DNA from: Felis catus
Taxonomy: Eukaryota
Direction: 5' to 3'
Length of the DNA: 64,000 bases
Assembly (NCBI RefSeq): GCF_018350175.1
Contig: NC_058368.1
Coordinates: 146,198,001 to 146,262,000 of the forward strand
A program made the translations under genes and the position numbers. Below, one piece after another: positions 26,281 through 37,640 of the stretch. The notes under the pieces were generated by a model. That model worked only from the letters and a program-made list of their open reading frames with translations. It did no database searches and was not told the DNA's origin. How positions within the stretch are numbered: the first letter of the stretch is position 1; every line of letters begins with the position of its first letter.

Positions 26281-27194
26281 TCAGAGAGTCCCCCTTAAAA
26301 TTTCTTGCGGGGCTGGTTTAGTGGTCACAAACTCCTTTATTTTTGTTTGGGAAACTTTTTATCTCTCCTTTTATTTTGAATGAACAGCCTTGCTGGATAA
26401 AGAATTCTTGGCTGCATATTTTTCTGATTCAGTACATTGAATATATCCCACCACTCCCTTCTGGCCTGCCAAGTATCCATGGATACATCTGATGCATACC
26501 TGATCTGACTTCCCTTGTAGGTTAAGGACTTTTTTCACTTGCTGCTTTCATGATTCTCTCCTTGCCTGAATATTTTGTGAATTTGACTATGATATGCCTT
26601 GTTGATGGTCAGTTTTTGTGGAACCTAATGGGAGTCCTCTGTGTTTCCTAGATTTTGATGTCTGTGTCTTTCCCTAGGTTAGGAAAGTTTTCCACTATGA
26701 TTTGCTCACACAACCCTTCAACCCGTATTTCTCTCTCTTCTTCTTCTAGGACCCCTATGATTCTGATGTTGTTCCTTTTTTTTTGATGTTGTTCCTTTTT
26801 AATGACTCACTGCTTTCTCTAATTCTTAAATCATGGTCTTTTCCCTTATCTCCCTTTTTTTTCTGCTTCATTATTCTCCATAAGTTTGTCCTCTATATCG
26901 CTGATTCTCTGTTCTGCCTCATTCATCCTTACTGCCCTGGCATCCATCCATGATTGCAATTCAGTTATAACATTTTTTATTTCATCCTGACTAGTTTTTA
27001 CTTCTTTTTATCTCCGCAGAAAGGGATTCTAATCTATTTTCAACTCCAGCTTACTAGCTGGAGTGATTTTAAATTCTGGTTATTGTGATTCTAAATTCTG
27101 GTTCAGACATCTTGTTTGTATCTGTGTTGGTTAAGTCCCTGGCTGTCATTTCTTCCTGCTCTTTCTTTTGGGGTGAATTCCTTAATTTCATCAT
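26281..27194 (-). pseudogene. L1 ORF1 (RNA-binding protein), disrupted
   Basis: Starts MMKLRNSPQKKEQEEMTARDL...MSEPEFRITI at 27194 and ends ...QEILRGTL* at 26281; no long ORF survives. Confidence 0.85.
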
Positions 27195-27383
27195 TTTGAA
27201 GGGAGAAAAGGAGTTAATGAGGTAGAAAAAATTAAAATTAAAAAATTAAAATAAAAAATATGAATATTAAAAAATTTAAAACACACACAATAAAAATGAA
27301 TAAATAGTGCTAGATCCTAGGTGTGTTTTGGTCTGGGTGTTGAAAATGGTTTGATAGATTAGAGGGAAAAGAAAGATAAAAGA

Positions 27384-27810
27384 AGGAAATTGAAAGTTTG
27401 AAAAAATGAATACACTGAAGTAGACTAAAATGAAATGATGGAAGTAAAATAGAATTTGAAAAAAATTACACCAAAGTAAAGAATATAGTACAAAAAAATA
27501 AAAATATTTTTAATAAAAATTGAAAATCAAAATGAATTTTTTCTCTTTCTGTATTCAAGAAAAAGAAAAGAAATGAAAAAGAGGGAAAAAAAGGAAATAG
27601 TTTGAAATTTTGAAAAAGTGAATACACTGAAGTAGACTAAAGTAAAATGGTGGAAGTAAAACAGAACTTGAAAAAATTTGCACAAAAGTAAAAAATATAG
27701 TAAAAAGTTAAAGAAAAATATTTTTGATAAAAATTGAAAATAAAAATGAATTTTTTCTCTTTCTGTATTCAAGAAAAAGAAATGAAAAACAGGGAAAAAA
27801 AAGAAAGAAA
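27384..27810. repeat. ~212-bp diverged tandem duplication in L1 5'UTR
   Basis: TGAATACACTGAAGTAGACTAAA at 27407 and 27619; TTTTTCTCTTTCTGTATTCAAGAAAAAGAAA in both units. Confidence 0.9.
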
Positions 27811-27986
27811 ATTGAATACATGGACCTGCTAACAGACTGAAATACGACTGAAATTACTTCGTTTTCCCCTAGAAGTCAGACTATGAAGCACTTTATAGTC
27901 CATAAACTAAGGAGGTGGTGAGACTTGTGTTCTTGAAGAGTGAGGTTGGCCCAATTGGGCAGGACTTAGGGTAAGGGCTTCGTTCT

Positions 27987-28001
27987 CCACTAGATGGCGC
28001 T
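27987..28001 (+). promoter_or_regulatory. Strong CTCF core motif CCACTAGATGGCGCT in L1 5'UTR
   Basis: Matches CCASYAGRKGGCRS consensus with CpG intact; binding not demonstrated. Confidence 0.55.
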
Positions 28002-29409
28002 GCTAGCCTACTGGGGTGGGTTGTTGTGGCACTCGTAGGTGCGAGTGAGTTTGCGCGGGAGCTGTGAAAATGGCATCACCCAGCTACCCAGTCTCTAGTA
28101 TTGGAACTCTGTTCTCCCTGATCAGTGATCATGCACCCGCCCTTTGTCTTCAGCTTTCATCCACTCCCCGCTTTTACGCTGTCCGTGACCAAGCCCCGGT
28201 GGTACCTCTCTCCTGAGTTTTATCTCAGATGCAGCTGTTTTTCCCCGTCCCTTACTTCTGAGGAACTGTAGCTTTGACCCGTTCTACCCCTCTGTGGAGG
28301 GTCTCACTGAGCAATGGCTGAATGCTGGCCACACCCAGGAACACTTGCGGGACCATGCTCCTGCCAATGCCCAGAGCCTGTGTCCAGGTGCCAGCCCGCC
28401 CTAGAAAAAGTTCGTGAGATAGTGTAGCAGCAGCATTTCAGGGATTTTGGAAAATCACAACACATCTGACACCAGACTTCACTCTTAACGACCTTGTTCT
28501 AGCACCAGCGCATGTGGCCATTCTCTGGGGTCTGCTGGGACCAAGTGGCCTCAACAGTCTGTACCAAGTGTCCTTCCAGCAGTGGAACCACTTTTCCCCA
28601 TGTGGCCTGATAACCTCTGGGACCCCACTCTGCTCCTGGGGATTCGCCCTTCCCACCAGAACACCGCCAGGTATTGAGCTGCAGAGTTACAGACTCTGCA
28701 CTCCCCTTGTTTACAGTCTAAATAGAATATAAACCCTCTCCTTTCTCCTTTCTCCCTTTTTAGTTTAGTCCCTGTGGCTGTTTCCAATTTTCTACTTTCT
28801 CTCCAGCTGCTTTTGGGGAGGGTTGCTTTTCCCGTATTCTCCACCCCACCCCCACCCCATCTCTTTCCTCTCTTCACACACAAAAGTGGCTCCCTGCCCT
28901 TCGTGGCTTCTCTCTCTCCAAGTTCACCTCTCTGCGCCACATACCTGCTGAATTCTGTGGTTCAGGTTGTGCAGATTGTTGTGCTAATCCTCAGGTCAGT
29001 TTTCTAGGTGTGCAGGATGGTTAAGTGTTGGTCTGGCTATATTTCATGGATGCGAGACACACAAAAAACTTCCATGCTGTTCCGCCATCTTGGCTCCCTC
29101 CTCCCTGAATATTTTTTTAAGGATAGTAATTTACTGGTCACTGATCTACCCAACTCAATTGTTAATTATATCGTCTTGTCTCCAAGGTTCTGGGGGAAGA
29201 AAATTGTTGGATTCTTCACATGCAAGTGCATAGACACAAATATGCATTTTCCTTGGGAGAGGATTCATAGCTTCCACTGTGTTTTCAGAAAGTTTCCTAA
29301 TATAAAAAAGAAAGAAAGAAAGAAAGAAAGATTAAGACCATTAACTTAGTAAGTTATCCTGATATGCAATACATAAAAATAATTCTATTTTTTAAATCTT
29401 TAGTGATCC

Positions 29410-30500
29410 TTATTTCTTGAGTGCCTATTATGTTCCAGGAATGCTCTGGAGATTGAGGATATAGTCATGAATAAGTAGACCAAGACTCTGCCTGCTGGAG
29501 TGTATATTCTAATAAGGCAGAACACTAGACCACAATGACTGACATTAATGAAGAAATAGTATGTTTAATAGCAAAAAGTGCTGGGGAACAAAAATAAAGC
29601 AGAGAGAGGGGATATGAAGTGTTGGGTGAGAAGGCTGCCCTCCCTGAAAAGATGACATTTGTGTAAAGACCTATAAGAACTAAGGTAACTTGGTGGAGAA
29701 GGTTCCAGGTAGAGATAAGAGCAACTACAAGACACCTGGACAGCAAGATTCTTAGTCTACCCAATAAACAGCAAGTCTGTGACAGGATGAGCCAAGGCAA
29801 GTGGGTGGAGATGAATTAAGGGAGAAGTGTGAGTAGGGATGCTATAATGGTTCTCCAACAGGAACAGAGAAAGGGTTGCCCCCTCAAAGTGCACTTGGAA
29901 ATGTTGGGGTAAGATATTTTTTGGTTATCACAATGACTCTGGGACTCTACTGGCACTTAAGTAGAAAAAGTTATACCAAAGATTTTGTGATCTCCAAGAT
30001 GTTTTGTACAGTGAAAAACTGTTTTGCACAAAATGCCAACATCATCCTCATTAAGAGACCATTAAGCCATTTATATAAACCCTGGATTTTACTCTGAATA
30101 TTGAGAAGCCATTAGAGCCATTAATGCAGAAGAGTGAATGGTCTAATTTATATCTATTAAGTCTTAGCCTTGCCATTGTGCTGGAGGGAAAGGAGACCAA
30201 TGCATAGCACAGAGACCAGTTAAGAAGTTGTCACAATAATTCATGCAGGAGATGACGACAGTTGGACAGGGTGGTGGGATGGAGGAAAGGAGAACTGGAT
30301 GGATTCTGAGTAAATATGTAAGGTAGAATCTGTAGGTATTGCTAATGCATTAGAGCAGAGTATGAGAAAAAAAGAGGAGTAGAGGTTGAATCTAAGATTT
30401 TAGACCTGATCAGTTGTCATTTGTAGTTGTGATGGGAAACACGGGGTGGGGGTGGGGGACAATTTTGGTTCAAGGCAGAGGGATTAGGAAGACAGCTTCA
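29410..30500 (-). mobile_element. LINE-2 relic interrupted by a MER20-like hAT element (~29845-30065)
   Basis: TTTCTTGAGTGCCTATTATGTTCCAGG L2 3' end; AATGGTTCTC...AAGAGACCATT terminal repeats of the insert. Confidence 0.7.
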
Positions 30501-33099
30501 GATGACACTTAGGTTGTTGGATGTGCATAAGAACATGTGATGTAAATAAGGATATGTATGCAAGGATATAAGGATATGTGATGTATTTGGACATAGTTAC
30601 AGAGAGATGAAGATCTGGATATGAGTATTGACATAGACAAAATATAGAGACAGAGTTTCAGAAATGTAGAAAGAAATCTAAAAGAGACCAAAAATGTTAA
30701 ATTAGCTATCTCTAGTTTTTTAGTTCATTGATGATTTTTTTCTTACCTGAGTTTCCTAACTTATTTACATTAAACATGTCTTAATTTTATGAAATATAAA
30801 AATGTTTAATATCTACAACACTACTTTATAAAGCTCACTTGTGACGGAGCTCTGATTTGATTTCTCTTGTTAAAGACTCTCTACTATCTCTCCAACTGCT
30901 TACTTATCAGCTACCAACTGACTCCCCACTGATGGATGCCACTTTTAGGGATTTTAAATCTCAGCTTTACTCTATGCTGGTCATTATAACCATGCAGTAC
31001 ATTTCCAGACCTCCAGGATTTTCATTCCATGGGGAAATGGCAGCATTGTTAGCAGCTGGATCCTCTTTGAAAGAATGAAGCACACATATTTACTGAGGCT
31101 TTGGGGGATTGTAGGAGGAGAGAAACAATTGTCACTTGGGTCCCCTTTCCTGGCAGCACCTCAAAGGTTACCAAGTGAGAACAGCAGTGCCCAGCTGCCC
31201 TGAAAAGCCAAAGAAAGAGTGAAATTTAAAACTTGAATTGCCTCTCTCTTCTCATTATGTATTATTTGTCAATCATGGATAAAAAGTGGTTTTTGCCCTC
31301 CAGCTGCTAGCCCTGGGGTGCATATATCACTCAGTGGTGCCACTTTCCTGCGGAACATTGCAAGAAAAAATCAGTGATTACACCTTTCTTTCTTTGTCGT
31401 ATTTATTCCCTATTTTTAACTCAATGGTTTAAACTAAGAAGGCAAGCCTTCGGGGAAAAAAAAATGTATACTTTGTTTTTATAGTGGTAGACATCTTAGA
31501 TATTGAAATAACATATATTAGAACACATAAGAGGAACCTTTTCCCTCTTTCCAATTGGAAGCAAAATGTCTGAAGTTTAATGGATTGTTGCAGCCTCGTG
31601 GATGGGGGATATTGTGTTCCTTTGTATTAGACCTTGCAGAAGAACAATAAAACACACATTACCACTCCGTATGAAATGCAGACCTTTAAAAATAGATTCA
31701 TTTTGATGCCTGCCTTTCAAACTTATTTTACAACATCAAAACACATTGTCTTCGTTTGTATATTTTATTCATGTGACATAGAAAGTGCTTTTTAAATTTT
31801 TTTGAGCACCATTTTAGGACCTAAGTAACTTTTTATGGTACTGTGAAGGGAAGTGAAGACAGAGAGTTCAGGTATGTTTTAAGTTGATGTAATAAATATA
31901 CATTAAACCATATTACACATGACTTTCTGTCTAAAGCTTCTAAACAAAGCACCAAAGCATCACCTCAGTTATTCAAGCAGATTCAAATAGGAATCTCTTT
32001 ATCATCTATTTGGTTCTAAAGTTTGCATCTTTAGTTTTTATAGTAGAGAAAAGTCCCAGTAGCGGCAATGCTGAACTTCCTTAAGATTTTTTTTTTTAAC
32101 CAAGAAAGTGCACTAAAAAAGCATTAGCCATCATGGCTTTTATTCTTTTGTAAGTTAAGTACCACTCACAATTCAAAGTTGTGATAGATGGATGCATTGT
32201 ATGGGTGAATCAAAATGCTTCATAATTGATAATATGCAATAAAGCAGTCCTGTTGAAGTAAGATAAGACATATTCTCTCCTATTTTTTCCTGTAATTCCA
32301 TCCAGGAACAGAAGTTGATGCCAACTGGAAAAATCCAATAGTGGGAGCCCAGGCAAGTTAAACTTCTCCTTTCATGCTCTAATTTACATGGAAATATGGG
32401 GTGATCACATATGTCATGAATTTTATAGGAAAGGTTTGGATAGTGAGGGCAGTCCAATAGGTTGGGCTCACCTATTTCTTCAAGCTTCTTATTTTCTGTG
32501 GTCATGATAGGCACCCTGCAGTAAGCTCGGGATCAGATGGAAATAAAACCACTGGGAGAGAACTGGTGGAAGGCACTGAGCTGGCCAGGCTTCTAGCTAA
32601 CGCTGTTCAATACCATGGCATTTCAAATGGTTTCCACCTGAAGGACTGGGGCATGTCTGTCTGTACCTATGAATGCATGTTTGCAGGCCACCACATTGGC
32701 TGGTTCTGAGTTATGCCCAACTTTCTCCAGGCTCCCTAGAAGTGAACTTTGGTGAACTTTGTCCAAGTTCATTGTTCCTAACCAAACCTGAAATTCCAGA
32801 AGTCATGTCTGGGATGCAATTTCAAAATGAGGACGTGTCTTTCTAAGTTATAAGTTTCCAACTATTGTTGATTATTTGGCCCCGGAATCTATTGTGTTTA
32901 ATGTTGTGAATTCCTGAACAACTAGATAATGTAAGAGAATGGTAATTTAGAGAACCAGGATCATGGGGTGGGTTGGTTGTAGAGCACCCTAAATTTCAAA
33001 GTCTGCCTCATCAAAGGGTTTCCAAATATATGAAGATTCTGTGGTGGTCCTTGGCAACAAGCATCTGTTAGCTGCTTTTAACATTCCTCTTTTATCTCC

Positions 33100-33520
33100 T
33101 CACCCTCCCTGACCTACCCAGCAAAACTGAAATGAGCCAAACTGAACACTTCTCTTGCGTGTTAATTCTTTCTGAGCTCCCAGCTCTATGCCTTTGTTTT
33201 TCTGTCCTTTACCTGGGATATCCTCCTTTTGCCCTGTGTGTATAGCCTCTCTAATCGTAAGGTCCCATTATAGCCTCTTCATCCAGAGTCTGCCCTGATC
33301 CTGTCAACTGAAGTAATTCCTTCTTTATCTGAACTTCCTTATCCCTTATTGAGTGACATCTTCACAATCATGTAGTATGTATATTATCACCTACACTAGA
33401 CCATAAGTTGCTTGAGGGCAGAACTAATTCATCTTTCTATCACCCAATTGTTAGAAAGATGATAGAGTCACTCAAATGATATTTGTTGAAAGAATAATGA
33501 ATGAAAGGATGGATGAATAT
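33100..33520 (+). mobile_element. LINE-2 3' relic
   Basis: CACTAGACCATAAGTTGCTTGAGGGCAG...CTCAAATGATATTTGTTGAAAGAATAATGAATGAA L2 tail. Confidence 0.7.
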
Positions 33521-35943
33521 GTATTATATTCAAACATAAAGTGACAGGAGGACTTGGACATAACCAACAAGTAGTTTTATTACAGAAAGCCACAGTGAAA
33601 GAAAGCATTTAAGGGGGAAAGAAACATTCAGGGATCATATGTGACATCCCAGCCTCCTAGCATGGTAACTGGCACATAACACACAATAAATGTTCGTTGG
33701 GTGAATAATATATTTAAAAATCGAGAACTTTGTATACAATGTAAACCTTTGGGCTAAAAAGATAAATTTTAGACACATCAGAAGGAGAAGATAAGATAAA
33801 CAAATAAAACCAAAAAGGCTAAAGCATTTTAAGGCAAATCACTAAATATGGTTTCTCAGTTTCTACCCATGTGAACTTGTCTGAGCCTCCTTGAGGGTTG
33901 AGTTCTTCTGTATAATGTCAAGTTGATGAGACAGCCACAAGTGATAATCTGTGTAAACTTAACCGCTGTCTCATTAGCCCAGAAGAGATTATAAAAACTG
34001 ATACTGGCTCTTGAGGGTATCAAGTAGCTCCTAAGCTTGATAAGATCCAAGCCTTTGGAGGAGATTAGCATCAGACCCAGTGGAGATTTTTAATCACATT
34101 AAAACAAGATAACATGTTATCTGAGAGAAAATTAATCCTCACTTCTAGACTATGTTTTTTATGAAACTTGACACCTGAGAATTCTTTTAAATAGTTATCT
34201 GGTCCATTTCATTTCATAGGCTTTATTGCCTTGACATCTAAATATCTTTATTAGTATTCAAATGATTGTTGATTAAAAGAGCTAATAATTTTATGATTAT
34301 TTCTTTTTTCATAAAACAAGTATTACAGTCAAGCACCTAAAGAAAGCATATTGATATCATATTTCCAATTAGAACTCTGGGTTTAAAACACCAGGTACCC
34401 AAAGCTGACAACGTAAACAAATTTATTTTAGTTCTGCACTTACAATTTAATATTAGCTGGAAGGGCTCTGCAGAAAATTGCACAGCAGCTATGCTTCTTC
34501 ATAAAGAGATGAAGAAAGGTTGAATGACATTTGAGGGAACTTTGTAAAACAAGTAGTTGCTTGTTTAAAAATTCCTAACATTTCCAGACGGTTCTTGTGA
34601 TTTTTGAAGGCATCATATCCTATTTCAAAATATACATAAACCTTATTTATAGAGGTAGCCATTCACACCTTTTTCTACAAATAACTTTAAATGGAGTCCC
34701 CACTCATATGATTTCATTAGGAGAGGAAGGGGAAGTTTACCTTTTTTTTTTTAACAAACTTTATATACCTGATTAAAGAAAATAAAAGATATAAACAAAA
34801 TTATAAGCAAAGAGTTTAAGATGTTACAATAACTCAAATACCTTCAGAAATATAATAAATATCATGCATATATCTATTACAGAGCCAGGAAACATTTCTC
34901 AATCACTAATATTAAGTGAGGCAAAAGCTGTTTCAATCCAGTCAAACTGTTTCAATCCAGTTACTTGCAGGTTACCATTATACATTATTACTAAATTATA
35001 CCCAGTGAATTACCAGTCATTCTTATTCACTTATTATAAAGAAAGTTGGTCCCACAAGATTTCTTTATAACCTGGTCTATTACTGTTTATAATTGTAGTT
35101 ATAATAGCAATCAAATTTCTATAAAGTCACTTACAGTATATTAATATCACTCAATTAAACTACAGATTTACAACATCAAGCACCAAAAGGTGAGAGTATA
35201 AATAAATCCATTTAGTTCTGCCATTTATTTTACTTTAAAATGTTCTGTAATTCTGGTATTTTGTGTGTGATGTGCCTTCTAGCAAACTACTTGTAGGATG
35301 AATTCTAATCTCCAAATCCAAACTGTAATGACTTGTGTAATTGCATTTCTCAGTTGGACTAGTAGAGTAAAATAGCTTTAGAATCTTGATAAAGAAAGCA
35401 TTCATTCAATATTTTAGGTAATTTTTAATTTTCCATTGAAAGCACAAAGCGACTATCTCAATAATGAGTTCCAGTTTAACCATAGTTTCCAATCCCATAA
35501 AGTGGGCAGAAGAGTCATTCCCATCCTCTCCCCCACTCCATTTTACATATTAGAAATTTGAGATTCAGAGAGTCTAAGCTCCTCAAGATGATACAGTTGG
35601 TAAGAAGAAGAGCCAGAGAAGGCAGGAAAGGATTTGCCTGAAAAAATTAATGGAACGCTGTGCATTCAGGTCAGCCAGAACCACTAGCTTTCTATTTCCT
35701 GTATTTTTTCTAAGAACCCTGACATGCTTTCCTATGGGTTATCCTAATCTGTTTCTACTTTACTCATGTGGTAGCGTGCCTTCTACCTGTGACCAATTAT
35801 TTCCAGTTAAATTTCTATTTTCCATTAATCTTGAATTCAAGTACTGGTTTCTTTACACAATTTTGTTTTGTTTTTGTTTTTGTCTTTTAGATTGTTAGTC
35901 AAAGGTCCTATAAAATTTTCTTCCTTTCAAAGTATCCTGTGTC

Positions 35944-36171
35944 GGGGCGCCTGGGTGGCGCAGTCGGTTAAGCGTCAGACTTCAGCCAGGTCACGATCTC
36001 GCGGTCCGTGAGTTCGAGCCCCGCATCGGGCTCTGGGCTGATGGCTCAGAGCCTGGAGCCAGTTTCCGATTCTGTGTCTCCCTCTCTCTCTGCCCCTCCC
36101 CCGTTCATGCTCTGTCTCTCTCTGTCCCAAAAATAAATAAACGTTGAAAAAAAATTAAAAAAAAAAAAAAA
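35944..36171 (+). mobile_element. Young SINEC_Fc (near consensus, CpG-rich)
   Basis: GGGGCGCCTGGGTGGCGCAGTCGGTTAAGCG head, long A tail; perfect TSD AAAGTATCCTGTGTC at 35929-35943 and 36172-36186. Confidence 0.98.
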
Positions 36172-37014
36172 AAAGTATCCTGTGTCTAAGAGAAATTCAA
36201 AGAGCGGAAATAAAATTCAGACAAGTCAAAAACATATATTAGGGGGAAAAAATTGCTTTGTGAACTGTCATTTAACAAATACTCACTTGATTGCTACCGT
36301 GTATCTGACAATGACCAAAATACTTACTACCTCATATAGAAGACCTAGAGTAAGTCAATCAATGACTACAGTGTACATAGTATGTGCTTAATAAAAAGCA
36401 AGAAATTTTGCTTACTTCAGAGGGGGGAGGTAACACTGACGAAGTTAGGGGAGGCTAATAGAGAAAGGGATAATTGAAATAACCATTGAAGATGAAAATG
36501 AATCAGCAAAGAAGGGAAATTCAGGGAAAGAAGGGAGTTGCCCAACCTGGTGTGGCACTTTCAAGGTTTTATCCCCTCTGGCAGAATGCGATGCATCCCA
36601 CAGTATATAATTTTTCATTGCACACTCAGTTTTGCTTAACTTTTCTTCCTGAAACACCAGTTTTTATCAGCTTTTGTATGACCTGTCTCCTCCCAGTTGG
36701 CTTAATAAAGGAACCAATCTGTCTTACACTTTGACATGAACAATGTCTCTCTGTATATTAATGGAGGATTCTTGAGTTACACCACCCTTGTTCAGCCCAA
36801 AGTCTAGTACCTTCCAATGATCTGTAGTTCCTTTAGGCATTTCTCTATCAAATCTGCCTCATCCTCCTGGGCAAAGCTTAAAAACACTGGTGGGAAATCA
36901 CAGGGTATTGTTCACGTACAGACAACAGTTGAAAATGGCTGAAAAAGATGGAGGTTTGGGGAAAAAGCAGCAAATACTAGAAACAGAAAAATAAAAACAA
37001 GAACAAAAACAATA

Positions 37015-37250
37015 ATAATATTTTGTTAGCATTGAGCAGTAGCTATCTGCCAGATTCCACGTCAAGTATATTTTGCATTATTAATTTAATTCCCACAACA
37101 ATTCTGTGAAGTAGATGTTACTATCCCTATTTTACAAATGAAGTGACTTTAGTTCAGAGAGTTTAATTCCCTAAAATCATACAACTGGTAAAGGGATCAG
37201 CAATATTCCCACCCACACTCCAGAACCTCCACTCTGAAGTTACATGCCTC
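37015..37250 (-). mobile_element. MIR relic
   Basis: CACAACAATTCTGTGAAGTAGATGTTACTATCCCTATTTTACAAATGAAG reverse core. Confidence 0.7.
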
Positions 37251-37339
37251 CCAAATGTAGGTTGGGTTGGCTTGCAAACCTCCATTTTATGCCTCCCTCA
37301 CTAAAAATCTGAACTTGATCTTGATGAGGTGATCATCAT

Positions 37340-37640
37340 CGAGAAGGTTTTTAAGCTGGGGTGCATTTGGACTTGATCTTAGAAAGATCATTCTGGCATA
37401 TAGTCTAGAATGGAGAGAGTTCAAAGATCAGGTCATGACCCCAATGTGAGAAGATGAGACCCTCAATTTGTATGGTGGCAGTAGTAAAAGGAGGAGATAA
37501 GAGTATTTGAGAAGAAACTTACCATGAGTGTAGATGAGGGAGGTGAGATAGAGGGATTCCAAAGTCTTTGGTTTGGTTGGCTGTTAGTGGCTGCTCAGCA
37601 CAGAGAGGGAGGGAACACAGGAGGAGCTGGTTTAAGAGAC
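37340..37640 (-). mobile_element. LINE-2 relic
   Basis: GAAGGTTTTTAAGCTGGGG...TTAGAAAGATCATTCTGGC L2-type text. Confidence 0.55.

Larger units (their letters stand above)
22084..29101 (-). mobile_element. Full-length (~7.0 kb) felid LINE-1, inactivated
   Basis: 5' start GGAGGGAGCCAAGATGGCGGA (YY1 motif) at 29101-29081; GC-rich 5'UTR; ORF1; ORF2; 3'UTR; tail; TSD TCCCTGAATATTTT at 22070-22083 and 29102-29115. Confidence 0.98.

Noticed and set aside
28551..28940. 129-aa sense ORF in the L1 5'UTR
   Set aside because: Non-ATG start, low-complexity G/K/R content, no recognisable homology.
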